Under the pieces are notes generated by a model. That model searched no databases. It saw only the letters and a program-made list of their open reading frames with translations, and was not told the DNA's origin. Shown here one piece after another: positions 9,776 through 19,425 of a stretch of 64,000 nucleotides of DNA (position 1 is the stretch's first letter; each line of letters begins with the position of its first letter). The position numbers and the translations under genes were made by a program. Source of the stretch: an uncultured archaeon (lineage in GTDB: Archaea > Thermoproteota > EX4484-205 > JAAOZP01); assembly GCA_938045545.1 (NCBI GenBank), contig CALIBN010000008.1, positions 32,001-96,000 on the forward strand. The letters run 5' to 3'.

Positions 9776-10725
9776 TTCAGCTCAATCATGGTTCCAACAG
9801 TGACTCTTAGAAACGATCCCTCGATTCCTCCCCATTCAGATGTTACTGAACGCACCCTTATGTTTTCAGCGAGAAGCTTCTCAAAGACTCTTTGAGCGTC
9901 TTCCACGTAGACTGGGACGTAATTCGCCTTAGAATCACATGTCTTAACACCGTCAAGCCTGTTCAACTCGTCAACCATGTAGGCCTTGTTAATGGAAGTT
10001 GATTCGACAACCATTCTAAGCCAGTCTTCGTCTTCAAGAGCTGCCTTAGAAGCCTCCACAGCCGGAGTGGGGACATCGAAAGGCCCCATTGCTTTCTCGA
10101 CTTCTCTTAAAACAGAGCTTTCCCCTAAGAGATACCCGGATCTTAAGCCTGCTAATCCGTATGCTTTAGAAAAAGTCCTGACTAGCACAAGGTTGTTGAA
10201 GCCGCGTAGAAATGAGACGAAGCTTTTACCATAGTACTCGGCATAGGCCTCATCCATAATAACCATTCCGAATTCCTCCAGAAACCTTCTTACAGTGCTC
10301 TCTTCAACAACCTCCCCCGTCGGATTGTTTGGTGACCCTAACAACAGGACGGCGTCGCTGCCTGAAAGTCTGAATACAGCGTCCCAGCCCCTGCCCAGCC
10401 AGGAGGGTGGCTGCTCAACCCTGTTGAAGAAAAGCCTGGAGAAACGCGTGTACATCAGGAAGGCTGGTGAAGGTATTACGATGCGCGCATATTTTTTCGA
10501 CAAGCATTGCAGCAGGGTCTGCAGTCCTCTGTCGCTACCCGGGGTTGGAAGAACCTCCTGGGGCTGCAGAGCTAGACGGCTGGAGATGAACTCTCTGTAC
10601 TCGACGTAATCCGGATACCTGTTTAGGCGCATGGCTGTCTTAAAATAGGCCGTTATTGCTCTCGGAGACGGGCCGAACGGGTTTTCGTTCGTGTCTAGAC
10701 GAATAGGCTTTGGTGGGAATATCAT
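9736..10725 (-). CDS. hisC: Histidinol-phosphate aminotransferase
   Basis: RLDTNENPFG, NRYPD, SPNNPTG, DEAYAEY, RTFSKAYGLAGLR, LRVTVG. Start reassigned to the ATG at 10725 because the ORF-track start at 10851 overlaps the divergent gene. Confidence 0.95.
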   Translation of the reverse strand: MIFPPKPIRLDTNENPFGPSPRAITAYFKTAMRLNRYPDYVEYREFISSRLALQPQEVLPTPGSDRGLQTLLQCLSKKYARIVIPSPAFLMYTRFSRLFFNRVEQPPSWLGRGWDAVFRLSGSDAVLLLGSPNNPTGEVVEESTVRRFLEEFGMVIMDEAYAEYYGKSFVSFLRGFNNLVLVRTFSKAYGLAGLRSGYLLGESSVLREVEKAMGPFDVPTPAVEASKAALEDEDWLRMVVESTSINKAYMVDELNRLDGVKTCDSKANYVPVYVEDAQRVFEKLLAENIRVRSVTSEWGGIEGSFLRVTVGTMIELKWFLQALRRALAS

Positions 10726-10751
10726 GGGAATGAAGTTCCATTGGAAACCCA

Positions 10752-10768
10752 CATGTTTATAAGCTTTT
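10752..10768. promoter_or_regulatory. Candidate bidirectional TATA box shared by hisC and the divergent AbrB-ACT gene
   Basis: TTTATAAG at 10756-10763 lies about 31 nt from both ATG 10725 (-) and ATG 10795 (+). On the minus strand it reads AAAAGCTTATAAAC (BRE/TATA-like). Confidence 0.6.
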
Positions 10769-10794
10769 CCCAATCCTCCTAAGATGAGGCGAGC

Positions 10795-11211
10795 ATGCCG
10801 AAGACATACCTGCTTAAAATAGACGATAGGGGTAGAATCCTGATTCCTCAAGCCGTTAGAGACCTTATGGGGCTTAGGCCCCAGTCTGAGACAGTTGGAA
10901 CATATGACTCTGAGAGAAACGTTTTCACGCTCATGCCCGCCCGCCAGGGCGGTAACTTCGTCAGGATAGTTTTTAAAATATCCGATCAGCCTGGCTCTTT
11001 GGCGAAGGTTGCTAACTCGCTTGCACTATCGGGAATAAATCTTGTAGCAACAAGCTCAACGACCCTGGTGCCCGGTAAACTGGCTGAGTGGGAGGTTATC
11101 GCGGATGTTGAAAAGAACTATCCGTTGAAGGAGCGCTTAAAAGGGGTTGTCGATAGTCTCAGGGGCATCGTGTTCGAGTTTAAAGTTGAGGAGGCCAGGG
11201 TTGAAACCTGA
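10795..11211 (+). CDS. AbrB/MazE-type DNA-binding domain fused to an ACT domain; putative amino-acid-responsive regulator
   Basis: N-terminal KIDDRGRILIPQAVRDLMGL (swapped hairpin); C-terminal DQPGSLAKVANSLALSGINL (ACT). Confidence 0.85.
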   Translation: MPKTYLLKIDDRGRILIPQAVRDLMGLRPQSETVGTYDSERNVFTLMPARQGGNFVRIVFKISDQPGSLAKVANSLALSGINLVATSSTTLVPGKLAEWEVIADVEKNYPLKERLKGVVDSLRGIVFEFKVEEARVET

Positions 11212-11283
11212 GGTCCCTTTTTCCGGCACGGTGGAAAAAGGTTTTTAAGCATCCCAGAGAATCTTTTACCGAATAAAACGTAA

Positions 11284-11604
11284 ATGGTAGGGATAGAGGA
11301 AACGTTAGGTGAAAGGATAAAGCCGTTTGACGACAAGGAAATTTTCGAGGAGCTAAGTAAGGAGGAGCAGATAATAACCATAAGGCTTGAAGTGACCAGG
11401 TGGAACAAGCAGATGACTATAATCGAAGGCATTGATCCGAAGGAGGTGGACTTAGCCAGCCTTGCTAAGAAGCTTAAGGCTTACTGCGCATGCGGCGGGA
11501 CTGTTAAGAATAATGCTATAATGCTTCAGGGTGACCATAGGCAGAAGGTCTACAGCTATTTGTCTAAAAACGGCTTCTCGGAAAGAAACATAACAATACT
11601 CTAG
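11284..11604 (+). CDS. sui1: Translation initiation factor aIF1/SUI1
   Basis: TIIEGID, LAKKLKAYCACGGTVK, LQGDHR. Confidence 0.95.
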   Translation: MVGIEETLGERIKPFDDKEIFEELSKEEQIITIRLEVTRWNKQMTIIEGIDPKEVDLASLAKKLKAYCACGGTVKNNAIMLQGDHRQKVYSYLSKNGFSERNITIL

Positions 11605-11706
11605 CCTGAGAACAAGCTAAACTGATGGGGAGAATGGTTTTCTCTTAGACTGGAGTAGGCTTGTCGATAGAAAACCTTATCTTCAACAGTAAAGTTTTCT
11701 TAAGCG

Positions 11707-12228
11707 TTGGACGCGTTTGAATGCATCTCGAAAAGGAGGAGCGTGAGGTCGTTTTTAAAGAAACCGGTTCCTAAAGAACTAGTCGACAAGGTTCTTGAAG
11801 CAGCCCTAATGGCTCCCTCAGCAGGAGACATACATCCTTACAGGATAGTTGTCGTAACGGATGAGGGTAAAATAAGGCGGATCGCTGAGGCTGCTTTAAA
11901 CCAGACATTCATATCTCAAGCCCCAATAGTGATAGTGTACTTGGTTTCGCTGGAGGAGGCTTCAGCATACGGCAAGAGGGGAGTTGAACTCTACAGTATT
12001 CTGGACGTAGGCGCGTCCATGGAGAACCTTATGCTGGCGGCCACAAGCCTAGGGTTGTCAACATGCTGGGTTGGGGCCTTCGACGAGAGGCGGGTTGAAG
12101 AGATTCTCAACGCTCCCAAAGGATATAGGGCGGTTTCACTCACCCCCTTGGGTTATTCGGATTCAGCAGCCCGCGGGAGACCGCCGCCGGCTAGAAGCAT
12201 GAAGATCCTATACGAGGGGTTCCAGTAA
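11707..12228 (+). CDS. Nitroreductase family protein
   Basis: RRSVRSF, APSAGD, NLMLAATSLGLSTCWVGAF, PLGY. Confidence 0.93.
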   Translation: MDAFECISKRRSVRSFLKKPVPKELVDKVLEAALMAPSAGDIHPYRIVVVTDEGKIRRIAEAALNQTFISQAPIVIVYLVSLEEASAYGKRGVELYSILDVGASMENLMLAATSLGLSTCWVGAFDERRVEEILNAPKGYRAVSLTPLGYSDSAARGRPPPARSMKILYEGFQ

Positions 12229-12229
12229 T

Positions 12230-12865
12230 ATGGGTGCCAAAGGGTTCAGGGATGTGGCTGAGGTGCTAAACCGGTTAAGCGTGTTGGGAGAGCAGGATGC
12301 TGTCCGGGAGATGGCTGCCTTGTTTAAAAAGGTTGACGCCGATTGCCTCGAAACCCTTCTCAGGATAATGAGGATGGATTTCGGAGAGGCTTCGCGGCTT
12401 ATCGGGACACACTTGTTGAGGAGAATAGTTTCAGAAGCCGTGGCCGAAATAACTCTTCTTAGACAGGATGAGGCTGAAGGATTAGTGCAATCCGGAAGGC
12501 TGAGGGATGTTTTAAGCAGGAGGAGCAGCATACTTCTCGAAAAAGGATTGAGCATAGACCAGGCTTATCTGGGAATGCTCGAAGCTTGCAGGATGAGTGG
12601 GAAGAGCAGCATCGGCTTCAAGGTTAAAAGCTTAATAGGGCTTCTCAATAAAGCTTCAGACGAGGAGGCTTTTCTCATCGTAAACATGCTGATGGGTAGG
12701 CAGGAGCCTGTGGATGACAGACTTATTTTAAAGGCTTTGGGCGAAGCATTCCATGGTTCAGCCGCCGCTGGCATAGGAATGATGGGCGGGGAGGCTGGCC
12801 TGAAAGACATTTATAAGGTGGCGCTACAGGTGGTTAAAAATGCGGGACGAGCCGACTCAGGCTAA
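12230..12865 (+). CDS. Stand-alone protein resembling the N-terminal DNA-binding domain of archaeal ATP-dependent DNA ligase
   Basis: LSIDQAY..LEACRMSGKSSIGFKVKSLIGLLNKASDEEAFLIVNMLMG..VDDRLILKALGEAF parallels the ligase pattern LTVxxV...IAxxxGxGSxxxKxxLLxxLxxxAxxxEAxYLxRxxxxxxRxG...DAIAxAF; no KxDG adenylation motif. Confidence 0.65.
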   Translation: MGAKGFRDVAEVLNRLSVLGEQDAVREMAALFKKVDADCLETLLRIMRMDFGEASRLIGTHLLRRIVSEAVAEITLLRQDEAEGLVQSGRLRDVLSRRSSILLEKGLSIDQAYLGMLEACRMSGKSSIGFKVKSLIGLLNKASDEEAFLIVNMLMGRQEPVDDRLILKALGEAFHGSAAAGIGMMGGEAGLKDIYKVALQVVKNAGRADSG

Positions 12866-13043
12866 AAAAGAAGCATGTGAAAGGATTGAGCAGACAATAA
12901 AGTGTGCTGAAGAGTTATCAAAGATTGTTCAGAGCCTGAATACTGCTTTATCGCGTGGAGACTTCGAAGAGCTAAGGGAAATATTAAGCAAGGTTAAACT
13001 GCGCATATCGGAATTGGAAAGCCATCTAAACATGCTTGACTAA
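12840..13043 (+). CDS. Small helical/coiled-coil hypothetical protein
   Basis: 67 aa, heptad-like charged/hydrophobic pattern; start overlaps the upstream gene. Confidence 0.55.
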   Translation: MRDEPTQAKKEACERIEQTIKCAEELSKIVQSLNTALSRGDFEELREILSKVKLRISELESHLNMLD

Positions 13044-13132
13044 AACTGAATTTTGTTTCAACTTGAAGAGGACATGCTTTTGCCACGCGTCCTCTCCGAG
13101 TAAAATTTAATAGGTTTCCAAGATTTTTTAAA

Positions 13133-13414
13133 ATGGTGGTCTCAATGTCTGAAGTTGAGGCAAAGATTGATGAGTGCATAGCTGAGTTGAAGCCTTACAG
13201 GATGTTCTCCTCAGAGGCCAGTAGCGCTATAAAAGGCTTAGAAAATCTTAAGGAACAGTTGAAAAACATTACAAGGGAAAACATTGATGAAATTATAAAG
13301 GGTGTAGAGGAAGGATACCGGGGAAGCCTGGCGTATGCGAATTATATCCCTAAGACGGTTGAGAACCTCAGGTTCATAAAGGAGTATCTTGAGAAGATGA
13401 AGGCCTCCCTCTAG
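13133..13414 (+). CDS. Small helical hypothetical protein
   Basis: 93 aa, Glu/Lys-rich, AT-rich promoter-like sequence upstream (TTTAATA near 13106). Confidence 0.7.
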   Translation: MVVSMSEVEAKIDECIAELKPYRMFSSEASSAIKGLENLKEQLKNITRENIDEIIKGVEEGYRGSLAYANYIPKTVENLRFIKEYLEKMKASL

Positions 13415-13522
13415 TTGTAGCGACAAGACTGTAAAGCCCAGCCTTTTTTTAATTACGTTCATACATGGGTCGCAAGGAGAAACAGTTTAAGCTTTTTAAG
13501 CCTGTTTCCAAGTGAAGATTCT

Positions 13523-14566
13523 ATGAGGCAGGTTAAGTTCGGCGTAGCTGGTGCCGGAGTTGGTGCCAACTTTGCCCTCCGCGCCATGAAGCTCCTGGAG
13601 GAGAAGGAGGGTATTGTCAAAGCAGTTGCCGTATGCGACGTTGTTGAGGATTTAGCTAAAAAGACGGCTGAGGAGTTCGGGGTAAAGTATTTTATCAACT
13701 ATAGGGATTTATTAGTCAAGGAGAGGGTTGACGCGGTTTTCATTTCAACACCACACTATCTGCATTTCCCCATGACTTTAGAGGCCCTAGAGGCTGGTGT
13801 AAACGTGCTTGTTGACAAACCCATGGCCATAAACGTCAGGGAGGCTGATGAGATGATAAGGAGGGCTAGGAGGGCTGGTGTGAAGTTGGGTGTAAACCTT
13901 CAGGGCAGGTTTGACCCCAGTGTTATCAAGATAAAGGAGGCGGTGGACAGCGGTAGGCTGGGCAGGCTTTTCTACGGGGAGGCAACCGTCAAATGGTTCA
14001 GGACGAGGGAATACTATGATAAAAGCCCTTGGAGGGGGAGATGGGCTACCGAGGGGGGTGGGGCACTGATAAACCAGGCCATTCACACTCTAGACCAGCT
14101 TGTCTGGATCATGGGTCCTGTTGAATATCTTTGGGCCCAGTGCAGCACTGTTTTCCACAACATAGAGGTTGAGGACCTGGCTGTTGCCACCCTAAGGTTT
14201 AAGAACGGCGCTTTAGGCCTTGTTCAGGCGAGCACAGCCCTTTATCCCGGTTTCCCAACTGGGCTTGAGTTCTACGGGACGAATGGCACAGCCATCTTAG
14301 AGGGGGAGGTGATTAAACTATTAGACATAAAGGGGGAGAAACCGTATTCTGAGAAGGAGGCTAAGGTAGGACTTGAGACCTGGGCTAGGCCGGAGGCAGC
14401 GCCCCCGTTGAACCACGCCGCATCTATAAGGGACTTTGCCCAAGCCATCCTTGATGACAGGGAGCCGAAGGTTTCTGGCGAGGAGGGGAGAAAGTCTATT
14501 GAAATCGTCAACGCTATCTACAAGTCCAGTAAGAATAGCGAGGCAGTGAAGCTCCCGCTGACGTGA
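13523..14566 (+). CDS. Gfo/Idh/MocA family oxidoreductase
   Basis: GVAGAG, STPHYLH, VDKPMA, WRGRWATEGGGALINQAIHTLD. Confidence 0.93.
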   Translation: MRQVKFGVAGAGVGANFALRAMKLLEEKEGIVKAVAVCDVVEDLAKKTAEEFGVKYFINYRDLLVKERVDAVFISTPHYLHFPMTLEALEAGVNVLVDKPMAINVREADEMIRRARRAGVKLGVNLQGRFDPSVIKIKEAVDSGRLGRLFYGEATVKWFRTREYYDKSPWRGRWATEGGGALINQAIHTLDQLVWIMGPVEYLWAQCSTVFHNIEVEDLAVATLRFKNGALGLVQASTALYPGFPTGLEFYGTNGTAILEGEVIKLLDIKGEKPYSEKEAKVGLETWARPEAAPPLNHAASIRDFAQAILDDREPKVSGEEGRKSIEIVNAIYKSSKNSEAVKLPLT

Positions 14567-14590
14567 TTTAAACCGTTAGGGATTCGAGGC

Positions 14591-15487
14591 TTATTCCAAG
14601 TCGAGCTTCAAGACTCTCGCAGCGTTTCTATACATTATTTTATCATAGGTTTTTCGCGATATTTTTCCTTCTTCTCTCAGGCTGCGAAGGTATTTCAGTT
14701 GGGGTATGTTTTGATCCGGCATGTCTAAGTCTGTTCCAAACATCAACCTATCCTGAAACTCCTCTAAGAACTGGACTCCGAACTCCGGGTCTCTAGAGAT
14801 AGCGTTGTATCCGCTGCCAGCTGAAAGATCCCCGTAAAGGTTTTGATAGGTTCTGAACAGGTCGACGACCCTGCCGCCTGGAGCAACCCTGCCAGCTGGG
14901 TAACTGTTCCTCTCCTCCGGCTTAACGTCTCCAGATATCTCCGCCCAGAATGGTTGAGAGTGTCCTATGAATATCAGGCTTGGAAACATTTTTAAACACT
15001 TCTCAAGCCTAGGCAGGCCGGGTTCGTCAACAAGCCCGTAGCAGCCACCCAGGTGGGGACCGATATGGAATATTACGGGGAGCTCTAGTTCCTCACAAAT
15101 CCTGAAGAGGCACAGGGCCCTCGGGTCGTCAAAGTATATGTTGGCAGTTATTTCGCCAACGCCTTTGCATCCTTCGCTTTTATACTCCTCGATTATGAAT
15201 CTCAGGCTTTTCTCCGAGCCAGCGTTTAGCCTCGGATCCGGATTGCAGAAAGGGATTAGCCTACCCCCATATTTCTTGCAGAACTCCATAACATCTCTGT
15301 TGGTCACAGGCTCTATAGTGCTTTCCGGGCTTGGCAGTGGGAGAATCACCGTCATGTCTATCCCCTCTTCCTCCATCCTTTTAACGAGTTCAGACACCGT
15401 TATCCATGGTATGTACTGGTCTTTAACCGGATCGTAGGTAAGCCAGCTTTGTTTAGGGGAACAGTGCGCGTGAATATCAATAATCAT
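14591..15487 (-). CDS. Amidohydrolase_2 family metal-dependent hydrolase
   Basis: MIIDIHAH, GVGE, LPVIFH, FIGHS, LMFGTD; start set at ATG 15487. Confidence 0.9.
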   Translation of the reverse strand: MIIDIHAHCSPKQSWLTYDPVKDQYIPWITVSELVKRMEEEGIDMTVILPLPSPESTIEPVTNRDVMEFCKKYGGRLIPFCNPDPRLNAGSEKSLRFIIEEYKSEGCKGVGEITANIYFDDPRALCLFRICEELELPVIFHIGPHLGGCYGLVDEPGLPRLEKCLKMFPSLIFIGHSQPFWAEISGDVKPEERNSYPAGRVAPGGRVVDLFRTYQNLYGDLSAGSGYNAISRDPEFGVQFLEEFQDRLMFGTDLDMPDQNIPQLKYLRSLREEGKISRKTYDKIMYRNAARVLKLDLE

Positions 15488-15689
15488 GTTCACAGTCTGG
15501 CGAAGCAACTTATTTAAGCATTCGGTCTGAAGTTTCAAAAGAAGATGCGCACATCCCTAGGTATTGTTTTCAGGCACCTGTGAATGCTGGTCGCCTTCAG
15601 AATCGCAGTATTCGCGATCAGGGTGAAAGAAATGGGAGCGGAAATATTTAATATCTGCTGAAGCAGTGTAACGATTGTTTAAAGGTAGG

Positions 15690-17013
15690 GAAGCGGCTTA
15701 GCTCTCTTAGGAGGTCCGAAGACTGTCAGGTCTGAACATGGAGACATATTCGCTTGGCCAATTATAACTAGCGAGGTTGAGAATGCTGTTTTAGAAGTAC
15801 TTCGCGCCGGGAAAATGTCAAACATAGATGTGACTCAAAAATTCGAGGGGGAGTTCGCCCTATGCTGGGCTTGGAATATGCGCTTGCACATAGCACTGGA
15901 ACCGCTGCTCTACCCAGCGCGATGTTAGGCATAGGGATAGGGAAGGGGGACGAGATCATTTGTCCAAGCATCACTTACTGGGCCTCCTGCCTACAGGTCT
16001 ACTCGCTCGGTGGAACAGTCATCTTCGCCGACATTGATCCCGAAACGCTCTGCATCGATCCTGAGGATATTGAACGCTGGGTTACTCCGAGAACTAAGGC
16101 GATAATGGTTGTCCACTACTTGGGAATGCTGGTAGATATGGATGGATAACGAAGATAGCTGAGAGAAACGGCTTGATGGTGATTGAGTATTGTTCTGACA
16201 CTCACGGTGCTCTCTACAAGGTTAGAATGGCTGGAACTTGAGATGCTGCAGGCTTCTCACTAATGTCCGGAAAATCACTGCCTTGCGGCGAGGGAGGAAT
16301 GATGACTACGAACGACAGGCGGGTTTATGAAAGGGCTTTGGCCTTCGGCCATTACGAGCGCCACGGGTTCGCCTTAGCGGTGGAAGACCTTAAATGTGGA
16401 GCAGGGCTGCCCTGGGGAGGATACAAGTATTAGGATGCACCAGTTGACTTCGGCAGTCGACGTGTCCGGTTGAAGCATTACCCGGAGCTTATGGCTGAGA
16501 TAGATAAAGCCATGAACTACTTCTGGGACCTGCTTGAAGGAGTCCCCGGAATCAGGAGCCATAGGCCTCCGAAAGACTCCGGGTCAACCAAGGGTGGGTG
16601 GTACGCACCCCACGGCATCTACCGTCCGGAGGAGTTGGGAGGCCTATCTGTTCAAAGGTTCTGCGAAGCAGTAAGGGCAGAGGGAGCCCCATGCTACCCG
16701 GGCTGCAACCTCCCGCTGCATTTACACCCATTGCTCAACGAGATAGATGTCTACAACCAGGGTAGTCGACGCGCATAACGAATTCTCCCCCGGGTGTTGA
16801 CGTGAGGCAGCCGCCGGGTAGCCTACCGGTTTCAGAGAGCGTGCAGGAACGGGTGTTACCGTCCCATGGTTCAAGCATTACAGGCCTAAGATCATTGAAG
16901 AGTATGCTCAAGCATTCAGGAAGGTTGCTGAAAACTACACGGATCTTCTGCCGGGTGACTCTGCACGCGGCGTGCATATCGGATGGAGCACCTTCTGGAT
17001 GGCAGGGAGGTGA
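15690..17013 (+). pseudogene. DegT/DnrJ/EryC1/StrS family PLP aminotransferase, multiply disrupted
   Basis: Fragments across frames: LALLGGPKTV..WPII, HSTGTAAL..GDEIICPSITYWAS..ADIDPETLCIDP..TKAIMVVHYLG, FSLMSGKSLPCGEGGMMTT, GGWY, C-terminal AFRKV; several stops and frameshifts. Confidence 0.85.
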
Positions 17014-17111
17014 AGCAAAAACCGGTAATCAGCGTGATAAACAGGTGAAGTGGAAACAAGGATCCGAATGAAGATGGTTGCATTCTGGGGCATTATGGTT
17101 CTCCACTAAAG

Positions 17112-17912
17112 TTAATACCAGCCTACTCTTTTCATCACTTCAAGCAAGTCGTCTCCACGTATAACGATTGTTCGAGCGTCAAGGCGTTCTATGCCCGGCG
17201 TTCTGAATTGAATATCCGCGTAATTCGGATGTGAATACTCGATTTTCAGAGTCACAGGCGGGTTGATTCTGAAAGGCTTAAAATCTTCAGCGTTTCGAAC
17301 AGCCTTCTCAGCGGTTTCTCGGATAAGCTTCCTGCTCCGGGCTGGCGGCAGGCAAGCCGCAAAGTTTCTACTAAACCCTTCTTTCACAACAACGGTTTCA
17401 ACCCTGCCTAATAGAGTCTTAGCCTCCTGGGCTGCCATTCTGCAACCGCTCACCAGACCCACGGGCACTTCGAAATACCCCAGTATAGCTGCGTCTATCC
17501 CGATTTCGCCAACCCGCTTCTCGTTTATGTAGGCGTTGACTATTACCCTAGTGGCCATCGTGTGGTCTAGAACCGCACCCTCTGTCCCAGCCATAGCGTG
17601 GTAGCCTATCATGAACGCTAGGCTAAAGCTCCTGTCGAGCCCAGCCATTCTACATGGCCTAGGTCCTCCTGTAACGTATTTCGCCTCCTCGTGCAGCTCC
17701 TCCGGCACAAGGTTGAAACCGTTTCGCGCCCCATGCAGGTCGTTAACAAGGACTTCTGAAGCACCTCCCTCCAAGGCTCCTTCAACAGCAGCGTTCACGT
17801 CTCTAGTTAGAAGGAGGCATGCCTCCTCGTACTCTCTGCTCCCGGGTTTAGTCTGCTGCTCGCGGACCACGTAGCTGGCGCCCTCCATGTCGGCCAGAAC
17901 GTAAACCTTCAT
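17112..17912 (-). CDS. dppA: M55 family D-aminopeptidase (DppA-like)
   Basis: MKVYVLADMEG, VNDLHG, IGYHAMAG, LDHT, GEIG. Confidence 0.9.
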   Translation of the reverse strand: MKVYVLADMEGASYVVREQQTKPGSREYEEACLLLTRDVNAAVEGALEGGASEVLVNDLHGARNGFNLVPEELHEEAKYVTGGPRPCRMAGLDRSFSLAFMIGYHAMAGTEGAVLDHTMATRVIVNAYINEKRVGEIGIDAAILGYFEVPVGLVSGCRMAAQEAKTLLGRVETVVVKEGFSRNFAACLPPARSRKLIRETAEKAVRNAEDFKPFRINPPVTLKIEYSHPNYADIQFRTPGIERLDARTIVIRGDDLLEVMKRVGWY

Positions 17913-18002
17913 ATAAACCACCAATTATAATGTTTTTCGAAGTATTTAAGGGTTTGTGAGGCTTGATGAAAATTTAAGCCGGCTGTCAGCATGAGTTAAA
18001 AC

Positions 18003-19400
18003 TCAGGTAGAACGCTTAATCTTCTGAATTAGACTGGTTCTTAAGGCTCGCTTTTTATACAGGATTGCTGCTGCGCATGCGGCGAAACATATTAAGGCTA
18101 TTGTCAATAGTTTAACGTAATCTATTCTCCAAACAGCCTTTATCATCCTAGACTCGTCAACGTAGATTTCAACAGTCCTCTCGTCTATAATCCTGTCCTT
18201 AGGGCCCAGTCCTTCGAAATGGTCGAAAACATAGAAGCCCCAGCTTGTAATATTAATCCCTACAGGTGCATAAGTACCCTCGTCATACCAGCCTGCGCCG
18301 AAAGCGTTTCCATATTCAGTCTCAACAGTAACATAGTGCTTCTCAGAGATCAACGCGTTTAAAAGCTCTGTTCTCCACTCTCCCTTATCTGGGTCGTAGG
18401 CTCCGAAGCCTGCACAGAACTCCCAGTAGCACCAGGCTATTCCCCTCTTCTCCGCCTCTCTCGCAACGAAACGTGTCCATCTCACTCTCGAATCCATGTC
18501 TGCTTTACTGTATGCTCCGAACTCGCCCATTAAAAGGGAAACGTTGCCGTGCTGCATCGCCCATTCGACAGCCATGTTCAACTCATCCGTAATCTGTTTC
18601 TTCTCACCCTGGGTTCCAAGCCATTTCCTGCCGACGGCGGGAGAGGGACTGACCCATTCCGCCCCCTGATGGGTAAATTCGAAGGGGGTGTAAAAGTGGA
18701 AGGTGACGATAATGTTCTCGTCCTCGGGAATCACTAGTCCCTTAAGATTGTAAACGCTGTTCCACCCTGTTGGACCTACGATTATTTTTCTCGTAGGGTT
18801 AGTTCTTCTTATTATTTCGACAGTCTCCCTGATAAGCATGTTCCATCTCTCATCAGTCAGCTCGCCGTAAGGCTCGTTTAGAAGCTCGAAGAAAAGCGTT
18901 TCAGGATAATCCTTATAATGTTCAGATATCTGGCTCCACAAGGCTTTGAAACGATCTCTGTGGCCCAAGGGGTCTTGCATTATCTCCTCATAGTGGTGAA
19001 TGTTTATTATGGTGATAAGACCCTGTTCCAGGGACCTGTTCACAACCCTATCCACCCTGTTGAAGAAGTCTTTATCGATCCCATAAGGCGGGTTGTTCTC
19101 AGCATGAGCCGACCATCTTATTGGTATTCGAACAGTGTCGAAGCCGGCTTCTCTTATTATCCTGAAATACTCGTCCCTAATGTAAACTCCCCACTCACCC
19201 TCCCTGGGTGCTTCCAAAGCATTCCCAATGTTTATTCCCCTGCGCATCCCGGATTCCACAACGGCTTCTTCAAACCGATAATCGTAAGCTGGCTGCGTTT
19301 GCTCACCATCTCTCCTCGTGCTAACAGGGTAGAATATTGTTAAGAAAAGTAAACTAAACAATAAGACGTATGATTCAAGCCTCTTTTCAAGTAGGGCCAT
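18003..19400 (-). CDS. GH5 endoglucanase/mannanase (Thermotoga Cel5A-like) with N-terminal signal/TM, C-terminal repeat domain and membrane anchor
   Basis: RGINIGNALEAP, VRIPIRW, NIHHY, ELLNEP (acid/base), HFYTPFEFTHQGAEW, MGEFG (nucleophile), YWEFCAGFG; hydrophobic N- and C-terminal segments; start set at ATG 19400. Confidence 0.95.
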   Translation of the reverse strand: MALLEKRLESYVLLFSLLFLTIFYPVSTRRDGEQTQPAYDYRFEEAVVESGMRRGINIGNALEAPREGEWGVYIRDEYFRIIREAGFDTVRIPIRWSAHAENNPPYGIDKDFFNRVDRVVNRSLEQGLITIINIHHYEEIMQDPLGHRDRFKALWSQISEHYKDYPETLFFELLNEPYGELTDERWNMLIRETVEIIRRTNPTRKIIVGPTGWNSVYNLKGLVIPEDENIIVTFHFYTPFEFTHQGAEWVSPSPAVGRKWLGTQGEKKQITDELNMAVEWAMQHGNVSLLMGEFGAYSKADMDSRVRWTRFVAREAEKRGIAWCYWEFCAGFGAYDPDKGEWRTELLNALISEKHYVTVETEYGNAFGAGWYDEGTYAPVGINITSWGFYVFDHFEGLGPKDRIIDERTVEIYVDESRMIKAVWRIDYVKLLTIALICFAACAAAILYKKRALRTSLIQKIKRST

Positions 19401-19425
19401 CTCTAGACTTCTCTGCTGAAAATCT

